A stretch of 64,000 nucleotides of DNA, taken from assembly GCA_002633005.1 (NCBI GenBank), contig NMRA01000004.1, positions 52,353 through 116,352 on the forward strand. Direction: 5' to 3'. The position numbers were made by a program, and so were the translations under genes. Below are positions 24,724 to 36,774 of the stretch, piece after piece; the stretch's first letter is position 1, and each line of letters begins with the position of its first letter. The notes under the pieces are model-generated. The model saw only the letters and a program-made list of their open reading frames with translations. It ran no database searches and was not told where the DNA came from. This DNA comes from Phoronis australis. Taxonomy: Eukaryota > Animalia > Phoronida.

Positions 24724-27412
24724 TTAGGCTCTTAACTTAAGGGAGCAATTTTTGGTTCTCTGAACACCAGATACTTGTTTAATGAAACTGTTTAATGAAA
24801 TATATTCTTGACAAGATAAATCTGTTTTGATAATAAAGTAAAATGAGCACTTGCTAGAGCTCTGCACTGATGTCCTCCATTCTTGGGCAGCACAATCCAA
24901 CAATCTTTGCTTAAATTCTGATATAAATAAATCAATGTTACCCGGTCCACTTATCCATACCTCCCCAAACCCGAATCTGAATAAAATATCTTTAACTGCT
25001 CTGGCCCAATTTGCTCGTCCTCTTTCACAGTCCCCCCGCAACATTTGGGTATCTTGGGTTATTCATCTGTAGAACTTTGGTCCAGTAGATTATTGGTCTG
25101 CACAAGTATTTCAAAGATAATAAATGCCTGCCACATTATCCTCTGGCCATAACGTTACTTGTTTTCTTTGGGACACCAGCAACGCATTAACAGAAATCAT
25201 TGTGAACACTTTCTATGTCTTTCGAATATACTGTACCCCATATCTCGGCACCATATAACAATATAGGAACTACCATAGTATCAAACAATTTAAAACATAC
25301 ATGAGGAGATCTACACTTCACTTTGGCTAAACATGCTTTTAACATGTTCATTGCTTTTGTAGCTTGTAAAGCTGATATTCTACAATTTTCATTCCATTTT
25401 AATCTGCAAGAAAATGTCACACCAAGATACTTGTAATAAGATTTTGTTTCTACCAATTTCTTATTGTAGAACCACTTTTCCTGTGCCGACAGAGTCCCAC
25501 CTCGCTTGAAGACCACAATATTTGTTTTATCAACAACACAAAGACTCCAATCCACACAGTAGTTGTGCAGTACATTTAATTTCCTCTGGAGTCCAGGCAC
25601 TGTCCGCCACAAGCAACCAAATCGTCCGCAAACAGTAACAAACTTAATTCACAATGATCACACTTGATACCTCGTCCTCCATTTTATTTGACCTCTGACA
25701 CCAGTCCGCTCACAAAAACAGAGATTAACCAAGGACTTGTTTCAAACCTCACTTACATTCAAAATAGGGTGTGATTTGGCTCTGTATTCTCACGCAAAAT
25801 TTCACTTCAGCATAAATATTCCTCAGGAGATTGAACATTTTCCCGTGGAGATTATTTTTAACAAACAATAAAACAGACGTGTAGTTTCCAGACTGTCAAA
25901 CGCCTTGCTAAAGTCCACAAAGGCACAGTACATTTTTCCACCTCTTTTTGATAAATTTCTGTGAGCCAAAGCTTGTGGAACAAAAATGTTATCCACGGTC
26001 GAATAACCCGACCTAAATCCGGCTTGTTCCTCAGGGATACATTGCATTGCATCCGACCACTCAATGAGCCTTTTGTTTAATATTGATGTAAACAGCTTGC
26101 TTATGCTATCAATTAAAGAAATTCCCCTGTAATTATTTGGGTTATTTTTTTCACCTTCCTTGTACATAGGAACGATTATACCCTTTCTCCAGTTCTTTGG
26201 GAATTTTCTTGTCGCCAGTATCTTGTTGAATAGATTGCATAATACTTCAAGGATGTCACAAGTCAGTGCTTTGAAGAGTTCGTTTGGAATACCATCTTCT
26301 CCAGGGGTTTTGTTGTTTTTAAGTTTATTTATTTCCTGATTGATTTCTTTATAAGTCGTACCAGGATTTCATCACCAGGTGTGTTGGAACAGTCATTGCA
26401 GCTGTCGTCATGCTCTCTCATTTCGTCCAACAAATTATTAAGGAATTCCCTGTTTTCCCGTACAGGCTCAGTGTTCAAGAGTTTTTCAAAATAGTTATAC
26501 CATTCGTTCGACGAAATATCTGCTTGTTGAATATTATTCGGATTTATGATTGACTTCACGTTTGCCCAGAATTTTCTTGGATCTCTCACTGAATCACATA
26601 AGTTCTTTTCCATTTGTTCGTTATACTTCTTTTTTTTCACGACAGGTATCAGCTTCCGTATGTTCTAGATAACGTAGAGTACACATGATAGGGAAATGGT
26701 CTGACTGGTCGTAGTTTAATACTTCGAAGTCATTAATATATTTGAACAGAGATGCCTCGGCAATATCATACTCAATAGTGCTGCATCCTCGAGTGGAGAC
26801 GAACGAATAGTTTCCTTCTCTGTCTGAGGGGTCTCTACCGTTAAATATGTGCGTACCATATACTGCGCAAAATTTGGCAAGTTCTTTGCCAAAGTAATTA
26901 GATTTCGCATCTTGATTGTTTCTTGGTTTTTCAAAATTATTTTTAACATAACACCAGTCGCTATTGACAAGGACACTGATATGCGTGATATCGTCATCTG
27001 GGATGTAGTCTCTGAGTGTAGCTGTCCTTGAATTAAAGTCACCTGTCAAAATAACCCTTGACTGGTTAAATTTCCCATTACGCTTTAAGCAGGTAAAGTA
27101 ATCCTCGAGACGATCAACACCGCAGTCAGAAATGTCGTGGCTGTGGTATGATGACCCTTCGGGAGGGAGATAAATAAAACCTATTATAACATCTGGGTTG
27201 TCTGTGCCATCAAACAAATCTTTGAGATGCAAGTATACTCTGTCTTCCAATTTCTCATAGATGCGAGTTATTTTGGTTCCTAAATTGTTCTTTACCATTA
27301 CTGTGACTCCACCAGATACTTTGCTGTTATGTATGTTTCGTACTGATGTGAACGTGGGATAATTTTCTTAGAGATCGCTAAATTCATGCTCTGCTCTTGC
27401 GTGTGATTCAAT
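24724..27412 (-). mobile_element. Non-LTR retrotransposon ORF2 (APE endonuclease + RT; RTEX/CR1-group-like), frameshifted and cut by N27413
   Basis: Endonuclease IYLPPEGS, LTGDFNSRT, SDHFPI. RT NYRGISLI, EEQAGFRSGYSTVDNIF, FVDFSKAFDS, LFADDL. Downstream YKYLGVTF and ILLYGAEIWG. Confidence 0.9.
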
Positions 27413-28300
27413 NGGGGGGGGGGGGGAATGTCGCTTCAACAAACGGTAACAATGTTCATGACAGTAAGGAAAAACAGGGTTAGCATTAATGTGCATCAAT
27501 TTATTTCAGTTGTTTAAACGTTGATTGATAATTTCAAAGAAATGAACTTCAAGGGCAGTTTTGTTTGATCACTTCTACGTTTGATACTTTGATTTACAAT
27601 CCAGATTCAGGATAAACAACTTTCCTGCCTCACGGGTCGCATGGACGTTCTCATTAACATAGTTCCTTTCTCATGGATTCACTTATTTACTCGCGAGCAC
27701 TCTGTTCTTGAGACAACATTTTTTTCTTGGACCGCAAATGCCCGCAGTTGAAACGTACATATAGAATTGAAGTATAAAACCAAACAAATAGCGTGCCACG
27801 TAGTATCAAGTCCATGCAACTCCTGCTCATAACTCCCGTTCATGAGGAAATACGTATAGTTCGTTAGTAAACACCTAAAACAATGAGGAATACGCTGTTA
27901 CCAAGAACGTCCGTGCTGAAGGTGAAGAGGGAAGGCTGTCTATGTTGAGGGTGTCTTTTCAGAAATGTCAATTTTATTTCGCAGGTCACAAATTCGACGT
28001 CAAAATCATAAACAAAAAGTGTTTCCGGAAGCAACAAAACTTACTACCTGGACGCGAGCGTTTAAGGACACCTTCATGGGTTCATCTTACGCATCAAAAT
28101 GTCATATTTGTAGACGGACTAGTTTCAGAATATAACTTCTTGTCTTTGCCAAAAGTATGCTTCTCGAGGAATATACAGCCTATCTGAAGAACGCAACAGA
28201 TCACAACAAAAATTACAGGCAGCCTAACTGTTCACTTAACTTAAGGTCCAAATAAATTCAAGTCATCTGCCCCAAAGAAATCATCTTTGTTAAGTTAACG

Positions 28301-29265
28301 ATGTTGGAAAACACGAATGAATCGGTGGACATCATAGACAATAACACATCTTTCTCTGCCTCGTACCCCGAAGTGGTACTGGTTTCATACATAGTGCTGG
28401 AAGCTGTTGTTTTCTTTTTTATGATTTTCGGAAACGTTCTCGTCATTATTTCGTATTTCAAGTTCTACACTATTAAGGACGAGGTGAGCAACATCATTAT
28501 ACTTGGTCTGGCCATCACCGACCTTGGAGCGGCTTTTCAAGTTCCGTTGAATGTCATCAAGCGATTCGTCGCGCCCATGAGTGGAATAACGCCGTTTGGG
28601 AGCAATCCGCTGGAGTGCTATGCGGTGCAAATTATTCAGAACTGGACCATTGGAGGAACTTTGTCTATGTTAGCAGTAGTAGCGTTTAATCGATTCGTAG
28701 CAATCGCATATCCACTCCGATATGACCAACTTATGACAAAACGATCGTGTACGGTATTGACGATCGCAGCACTCTTTTATCCCATTATAGTGCTTGTCAC
28801 GTGCATATTGATTTCAACGTACCACTTCGGCTACGTTGTGCCGAGCGGACAACTGTGCGTTCTTGAGACGCTTGTTGGACCTAAGGTCGCTCGTATTGGA
28901 TTTGCGTTTGGTTACTACATACCAATGCTCGGAACTTACCCAACTCACATTTACACAGGAGACAAAAACGAAAGATTGCAGCGGCAGGTTTACACGTCAA
29001 CGAAGATACTCGTAGACAATATCTCTTGCTTCGTACACTATCTAGGGTCTTGCTACTTTATACAGTATGTTACTTCCCATCTTCAATATTAAGAATAGTA
29101 GTTCAGGTGAAACCAACCTCACCATGGCTCCTGCAAGTCGTTAACGACTTGTTCATAATTCTCATGCACGTGAATAGTGCACTTAATCCCCTTATCTACT
29201 CTGTTTCTTGCGCCAATTTTCGGAAAGCCTTCAAAAAACTTATTTGTGCATGTCAAAACAACTAG
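28301..29265 (+). pseudogene. Intronless class A (rhodopsin-family) GPCR with a deletion/frameshift in TM5
   Basis: N-terminal glycosylation sequons, TM1 GNVLVI, TM2 LAITD, TM3 Cys and NRF (DRY position). The frame shifts at ~28930-28957 into RRQKRKIA..TM6 CYFP..TM7 NSALNPLIY and helix 8 FRKAFKKLIC. The distal half of TM5 is missing. Confidence 0.85.
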
Positions 29266-29421
29266 CCATTGAACGAACCAAAACTGTGATGTTCGAGGCA
29301 TTATGGACAGTGTTTCCTATTTTCTGGGGGAATCCTCCATGGAAAGCGATGTCCTCTTTTCGGGAAATCTCCAAGAAACCTCCCACAACCAAACATGCAG
29401 CCGCCAATAGGTAACCAAAAC
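29240..29421 (-). CDS. SLC15A4: SLC15A4-like copy A exon 7, truncated; reads through into the GPCR antisense strand
   Basis: GFGYLLAAACLVVGGFLEISRK..NASNITV matches copy B down to ~29280, then continues as unrelated LVRSMASCFDMHK*. Confidence 0.8.
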
Positions 29422-30226
29422 CTATCAATTACAGCGGAATGTTATCTTGATGAAGGCGCTTTGAACGATTTGGTATGTTTTATTTGTCATTCGACTCTTT
29501 TTGTGGTTTTCCACCAAAATGAAATTATCAAAACATGAATCTGCAGAGCTTATTTGGACCTGCTTTCATTTTCCTATTGTTCGTTTAAGTTTAAAGTGCG
29601 GGTTTTCTTATGACTCGGAAGTAGCATACAAAGTGCCACTATGTGCAGTACAGCACGATGAAAGCACCAATGGAAAGTTGATGGGTCATTTGGCAGCAGT
29701 CCAATGTCACGTGCATTTCGCGGTGTATACCTTACACTTCAAAACACTGCCCTCCACTGGACATAACTTTCAAAATTATTGGCGTCCATGATGACGCACA
29801 CTCCCCTCAATATTCATGTCCTCCAGCTTCAGGTTATATAGGACCTTACTGTGCACTTAGCCAACTATAAAAACTTCTATATATAATTAAATTTTAGCTT
29901 CACAGTAACCTGCCATTAATTTTGTCACATGACCACGTATTTTAGTAAAGTTAAGCAAAAAAGAAAGGTTAATTCACAGCAGAACAACGATACATAGAAT
30001 ACGTGAAAGTTTCATTTCATTTTCGGTTTAGGCAAATTTTTGATTTTTTCATATAAAAATCATTTTTGACAGCCAACCATGCAAAAGTGGAACAATTTAA
30101 AAACAGTTCCTTATATATCATAGTATATTGAATGTTTCTTCTGTATCCGAGCAACTTTTTTGAGATGCTATATTGTAAAGTTAGTCAACTCTGGATATTT
30201 TTCTGGGATCCTTCATAACCATAATT

Positions 30227-30371
30227 CATGGGCGGCGCACCATAGGGGGCTAGGGGGGCTATAGCTCCCACGTTTTTCAGTTCTACGCTGCACGTAGTCT
30301 GTAGGTGGTGCCCCACAGGGAGGGCTGAGGGGGGTTTAGCCCCCACTTTTTTCAGTGCTGCGCCGCCCATG
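30227..30371. mobile_element. Short GC-rich MITE with 5-bp TSD
   Basis: Perfect 13-bp TIR CATGGGCGGCGCA/TGCGCCGCCCATG; TAATT on both sides. Confidence 0.8.
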
Positions 30372-30393
30372 TAATTGGCATGATGGAAAAACA

Positions 30394-30843
30394 AAAAATA
30401 TAAAATAGTAACACTAGCAAAACTAAAATGACGAGCGTCGATACTAAAATATATTAAAATATCACCACGTATCGAGCGATGCGCTCTTTGTCAAGGGTGT
30501 GCTACAGACTGCTGAATATATGTGGATAGATCTAAAATAAAATGGCACAGGGGACCACATAGTGACATAGAATAAACGTGAACAATATGAACACAACAGG
30601 ACTTAGCAACTACCACTGGGGTATGCCAACGTATGACGAGAGAGAGAGTGAGACAGAGAGAGAGAGACCCAAACAGAGACATACGCAGCTACTGGAGTCT
30701 ATTCACTACAGACTTGTAGTGAATAGACTCCTCACTCCCACCCTCCCGCCCGCCCGCTTGCTCGATACGTGGGGATGTTTCAATACATTTTAGTACCGAC
30801 GCTCGTCATTTTGATTTTACTAGTTTTACTATTTTATATTTTT
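30394..30843. mobile_element. MITE with ~85-bp inverted repeats
   Basis: AAAATATAAAATAGTAA..AAAATGACGAGCGTCG..CCACGTATCGAGC is mirrored at 30760-30843; internal GA microsatellite. Confidence 0.8.
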
Positions 30844-30990
30844 ATTCGTCGATAGCTGCACAGCATTGCAACATCTACTAAAATCTAAATTGTGGCAGCT
30901 AAACGCCACACTTGAGTGAAACCGCTGCAATGTGTGACTGATGCTTGATGACTACCTAAATCTCTAGAAACTTCTCTCTTATTACCTTAC

Positions 30991-31177
30991 CTATTTTTTG
31001 GAGAGGTGTTGGTCTCCGGTTAAACTTTTCCAGGAGTGGAAATACCACGAAATCCATGATGGGGACCACGATTAGAATGATGACAGTATTGAAGAGGTTG
31101 AGGGATGCGGCGGGCAGGGTGATCGAGCCGAGCTGGAGGTCCATCCTTTGAGCTTGCAATAGGAATGTGCTTTGCAT
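30991..31177 (-). CDS. SLC15A4: SLC15A4-like copy A exon 6
   Basis: MQSTFLLQAQRMDL..PAASLNLFN..PLQKIG; CAG acceptor, GTAAG donor. Confidence 0.9.
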
Positions 31178-32404
31178 CTGTAACAATCCCAACATTTGGA
31201 ATTTGGGTTGCAGTTTCAAATCATGGAATGTAAAGATCCTTGAACTCACACACAATTTAAACAATCTGCACAATTTTCCAAAAAAACAATACCTCTAAAA
31301 CCTTAAAACTAATTCTCGACTATAATTGGGTCGTTTTTGGGTCTGTTGGACTTTTGAGATGCTTAATTCTACCTTGGTCCGTAAAGTAAAAGGGTGTGTC
31401 GTTTGACTGATTCTAGGAAATTTGTAATGCGCTTCCTAAAAAATGCTAAGTTTGTGAGGAAAATATATCCTCAGGTCATTGACAAGTGCAGCAAGGAGCG
31501 TTGAAATGCGCCCATGACTGCAACGCAAACGGTGTGCTCCTAGGAGATACATCCGCCTACGCTGGACGCTCTGACGTTAGAAATGACGACAATATGGTAC
31601 CCACATGTATATGCAAATATGTGGGTGCATAAAAATCAATGGAAATATAAGCAAATGACAAATGACAAATTGCAACATTTGGCCTTAGCCAAGTGTTTTT
31701 CATATAATTATTGAAATAACTCCACTTCCATACATGTGATTTTCTATTACACGCACGTGCTTGTGCAAAACCAAGGTGTCCTCGATCCACTCGACACTTT
31801 CTTTGTTGTCTGAGCCCACTTCAAATTCACTTCAAGAGGTATAGTGCAGATTGGTCAAGAAAAGTGTTCTTTGGACGAAATTTGGGTATTAGTACTAGTG
31901 CATATGATCTACAGGGCGTAAAAAGGACAGAAACCGCCCTCAAAATATAACACTCTTAGTCGATGACTATCATTTTTTACGACGTGAAGCACTGGAGAAA
32001 GAATTATACTGTCGTGAAGGAGGCTTGAGGATGTATATTTAGTATTAGTGCTGTGGAAGTATGCTGGCGGTGGTTTTTGCTCAAGCCCGGAGGGAGGTCC
32101 ATTAGGAAAGATTAACCATGACTGTGACAATCGAGTAGATCTGTAACCTGGCACGTGAGAATGTACCAAACAGTGCGACAGTCACTGTTCAAGTCAACAA
32201 GAGCATTTAGTGGTAAGTGGGGTGACGTGCAAAATTGCAAATACTTTCATTTCACCCATGTTAACCAAATGAGCAAAACGTGATCTCTCCGATGCACTGA
32301 TATGACGGTCCCGATATGAAATCTCCTTTTTCCTTGAGGTAAGAAAATGCTTTGTTATACTGTCATCGTTTTCGAAGCATCGGGCTAATTCTAAGAATTT
32401 TGTT

Positions 32405-32479
32405 GGTAAGTATTTGCAGCATTGTGGGTAAGTATTTGCAGCATTGTGGGTAAGTATTTGCAGCATTGTGGGTAAATAC
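32405..32479. repeat. 22-bp tandem repeat x3.4
   Basis: Unit GGTAAGTATTTGCAGCATTGTG. Confidence 0.95.
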
Positions 32480-32796
32480 TGTGAGCACTGGCGTAGCCAG
32501 AAGTTTCCAATAGGTGGAGCCAAATTTGGTTAATCAGCTGTCCGTGACCTGCGCTTCCCTCTCTCCACAGTAATATGCAGTACATTAATTTTATCCCTAG
32601 AAATCATTTCACTGAATAACATTTTACCATATGCTTCCTTTGTTTGTTAATACTTTATATATCAAAAAAGGAAATACAGCAAGGAAAATGTGTGCTTAAA
32701 AGAAACATCATGCACATACACACACATACACACACACACACGCACGCATGCGCCCGCACACACATCAACTAACTTGCAGAAGCATGCAAGTAAGTA

Positions 32797-33197
32797 CCGG
32801 TATTTTCCGTAGATAAGCCCATGGGGGTGTATTCGGAAAATGAAAATTTTCAGGCGTTTTAGTAACACCAAATAAACGCCCGGGTGTTTATTCGGAAAAG
32901 GGGGTCGTGTAAAGGTAAAGTCATAGTTTTGCTGACTTTGATATATTTTACTTAAAACTGTGTTTTTAAGTTTTATGTTAATAAATGCATAGTTCTCCAC
33001 CATCTTGTTCGTTTTTATAAATGATAAATGCTCCATAAAACTGAATTTGTGACAAAACCTTGACTGGGAGTGGGCTTTTAAGAGTAAATTTTCCGAATAA
33101 ATGCCACACTATCTGGACACTTGACACCAGAAGGTGTAACACCAAATAAACCCCCATGGGCGTTTCATCGGGTGGGATTATCTACTGAAAACCCCGG
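32797..33197. mobile_element. TA-flanked MITE (Tc1/mariner-pogo-like)
   Basis: TA|CCGGTATTTTCCGTAGATAAGCCC ... GGGATTATCTACTGAAAACCCCGG|TA. Confidence 0.75.
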
Positions 33198-33899
33198 TAA
33201 TAAGGGTTTCTTAAAAAACAGCTTAATGGGGTTGAATTTTTCTTACCACACAGTAATTATACGGGTAGTACTTCACTTTTATGTTACTGAGGTCCGTGTA
33301 GTGTCTAAGATATTTATAAATGGAATATTGACAAAATACTTATCAAGGCCTTCAAAATAACATTTTATTAAACATTACATACTGTTGTGCAGTTACGAAG
33401 AGTAGAAATTTCTGAATCTCCTGCCATAAAAATCTCACGAACTCACATTCCACAAACACAATGATTAAAAGCTCCACAAGATGTACACGTGTCCTCACTT
33501 ACTAATCGCATCTTTTTCAGAACACTTCAGACCTGTATAGACCATTTTATGAATATAATATTTGAAAGTTTTAAAATAAGAAAGTAACGGGAGTTTGTGT
33601 GGGGAATGTAAATTTGACTTTGTTGTCCAGGGTAAAAACCAATCAAGCAGTACTCTATATCCCGAGGTGAAACAATTTTGGAAAGCAAAATATTTCTAAA
33701 AACAAAATAGTTTTTTTTTTAACTGGAAAGAGATTACGCACTTTGACCAAGAAGGCTGAGGTTTTCCCTTTATTGTACGTCTTAAAGCAGCATAATTAGT
33801 ACAACTTGATTGAAAGATGAGACTATCCCCATATGTTTTGAAAACATATTTCAGAAACAGTTAAAAATTACATTGTTTCCACCGTTTACTTACTGGAGC

Positions 33900-34400
33900 A
33901 AAATTTTTACATCAGGAACTAAAAAACCATCATTTTCTTGAGAATTTAATCACATTTGTTTTAATTCTGAGGGGTTTATCTTTCCAAACACGATTCTAGT
34001 GTTTTCATTCGTTCTGTTTGGGCTATCTATTAGAAAACTACTCATTGAATTTGTCTATGTGGCATAAATAATTCTCCTAATAAAATATTCTTTGTAAATA
34101 CTTCGAGTAAAGGCTTTTTGACTTCATGCCAGAAACATTCATAGAACCGCTCCGACGTCATTGTTTTTAATTTTTTAAACTTCAAAACATTCAGCCTCGG
34201 TTAAAAAGTCATCCAGTTGCTCAACATCACTAAGGGATTTCCTTCGCCATAGGTATAAGAGTTGAAGTTTCCATTTGACATATTTTGAAAGCAATGGAGT
34301 ATCATCTAAAGATCTTTATCAACTGCCCTTTTTTGATGATATTTATAAACTCAATCAACTTTTCTTCCTCAGCATTTTCTGATTTCTGTTTCATTCTCAT
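33900..34400 (-). mobile_element. Very degenerate L1-type ORF2 fragment
   Basis: LTEAECFEV*KIKNN..ERFYECFWHEVKKPLLEVF resembles the pre-RT KSPG.DG...EFY..FW region. Confidence 0.45.
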
Positions 34401-34851
34401 GGTATATTCAATTATTTTTCTCAATTTCTATTTTTGATACTTAATTGCACTCATCAATACAGGCATTAGTTTTAAGTTTGTTACATATTTTTTCTGTTCG
34501 AAATATTGACGCCTGATTGTCATTCAATCTGACTGTGCAAGCGAAATGTCTTCCCGAACAGTACGGAAACAGATTAAGAACCCAATGGAGACTGACGCGA
34601 AGACTTTACTTTACTTGTTCATTAAGACGCTCAAAGTCTGCAGCTTTTTCCACTGACTCGGCCACTCACTTAAGCTCTCTGAGTAGCACTTGTTTGTTGA
34701 AGAATGTTCAATTTACACAGGCTTAAAAAAAATCTTTGAACTGAGTAGGTGGAGCAATGGTCCCCCTGTACCCCACTGTAGCTAAACCAGAGGCTGTGAG
34801 GTTCTGGCAATTGCCGTTGTGTGATTCGGGGTCGTCCTATTGTCCTCTTAC

Positions 34852-35063
34852 CTGATTGACCAACGTCCAGTACGGGATAAATGTAAGGAAAATTGGAATA
34901 ACGCGTCCGATACTCTTGACGTCTTCCACCTCGCTAGATAGGTAGGAGCCACCAAGCGATTCCTTAGCACGGTCCAGGAATGACTGACTTTTAGAAATGG
35001 TCGAATGACGCTTAGTCACACATCCTTCCCAAACAATCTTGGCGATTCTTGAAAGGACACTGC
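34852..35063 (-). CDS. SLC15A4: SLC15A4-like copy A exon 5
   Basis: GSVLS..FLDRAKESLGGSY..EVEDVKS..YWTLVNQ; CAG acceptor, GTAAG donor. Confidence 0.9.
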
Positions 35064-35508
35064 CTGAAACGAGACGTCTTCAGTGCTGCTGGGATACGGT
35101 TAACTGATATTATAGCGACAATTTCAGCCTCTAACCACAGAAGAAAAGAAATTGTTTTCCTACATCTGAAACAGTATCAATCTACTACTGAATTTTGAAT
35201 TCTGGAACTGTGAATGGATTTTAAGGAAAATCCTCCCAAGGACAACGGGACTACATTGAATATCCTTCTGTAGATTGAACGTCACATTTTACCAGAAATA
35301 ACCAGTAAGAACAATGAAGATAAAAGTGACAACTCGCAAATGTAAACAAAATATACAAAATAGTGCTAAAAAAGTTTAATTCATCTCACACAAGAACGCC
35401 TGCACTCAAACTGACTGCAGCATTGAGTAAGAACTCAAACTGGATAGAAAACCCAGCACGAGTATACCCGCGAACACTCTTGTGACAAGTATTTTTATAA
35501 CAACATAC

Positions 35509-35678
35509 CCTCTGGAGGACGGTCTTTATATTTGTCACGAGCCGCTGTGAAAGTGATGACCGCCAAAATCATTGATACAGCTGGGATAAGGTAACCATAG
35601 AAATAGTTGACCTCCTGCTGGACGTAGGCTACCAGAGCAAAAGCTATGGCCGACCCAACGTTTATAAACCAGTAGAAC
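35509..35678 (-). CDS. SLC15A4: SLC15A4-like copy A exon 4
   Basis: FYWFINVGSAIAFALVAYVQQEV...RPPEG; CAG acceptor, GTATG donor. Confidence 0.9.
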
Positions 35679-36774
35679 CTGACACAGGTGAGAGTAAAGA
35701 TGAATGAGAAGTCTACTTCAGATAATATGATTCTTGATCTAATATTGATTAATGAATAAAAACAGAACATAACAGCATTTAAAAGGATTGTAAACCCTGT
35801 TTTAATGATTTCAACCAATTCTCCTGCTGTCACCTGCTAATGTATCACTGGTGTCAATCTTGAAAGATAAAAGCAGGTCACAACTAAAAACTCACTCCGT
35901 TATTTCACGAATTGGACACTGTGGTCCTTGGTGGGCGTTTATTTTCCACAGTTACCGTGTAATTCGCTAAAAGCGTAGGTCACGCTTGCCCGCTTAGTAG
36001 AGTTTGAAAGGAGTTTTCAAGATTTCCTCCAAAATTTGGAAAGTTATCAAGGTTTACAGAGCATTATTTCGTTGCAGAGAACTGGACAGGAAAAGTCGTT
36101 GCCTCTATTATATGTGCACAGGCGGTCCGAAAGTTGCGAGGGCCGGACAATATCGATCGTTAGACTAAAAAAATAAAAAATAAAAAACGGGAACGCGATT
36201 CCGCCGTGATCTCAGCCCCCCCCCCCCCCCCCCCCCCCCCNGTCAAGGGGGGGAGCGGGCCCTGCCCCCCCCCAAATCCGCCTATGAGTTTACCTAAGAA
36301 AAGGCAACACAGTAAGTCAAGCGCTATAATACAATCCCTATTATCATTTGTGCTTCTCATCATCACAAATAAAAAGCAAGATAGATTGACATCCTGCATT
36401 CTTTCATGTCGTGATTTAGCAATATTTCATTAGTTTTTATAAATTAACCGATTGTCACTTTCTAATTATTCTAAACATTCGTGGCGGAACTTGAATTAGC
36501 AATCCTGAAAATCAGGGGGTTGGGTGCTTGAATTTCAAGAAATTGGAAGTGGGCACTTCCTCAAACATGGAAACTTTGACTGAGCCAAACAGTCGCCGTT
36601 GCCATCTAAAAAATCGAAAAATCGAAATTTAACTCCACAGACCCGAAGTTCAAAGAATTTGGCAAAATGTAAGTTGAGTTAAAGCTATCTAACTAAAAGT
36701 TAGTGTGCGTGAATAACTATGTATGCAGCTTGAGAAAGGAAAGAATGCCAGCCAAAATTCTAGGAATTGGTCTG

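Larger units (their letters stand above)
32486..34792. mobile_element. hAT-like non-autonomous element containing nested insertions
   Basis: Ends CACTGGCGTAGC / GCTAAACCAGAG, both with subterminal TAGGTGGAGC; 8-bp flanks ACTGTGAG / GCTGTGAG; absent from the equivalent intron of copy B. Confidence 0.6.

Noticed and set aside
36215-36275. Poly-Pro/poly-Gly ORFs
   Set aside because: These come from a C homopolymer at a scaffold N inside a GC-rich MITE.
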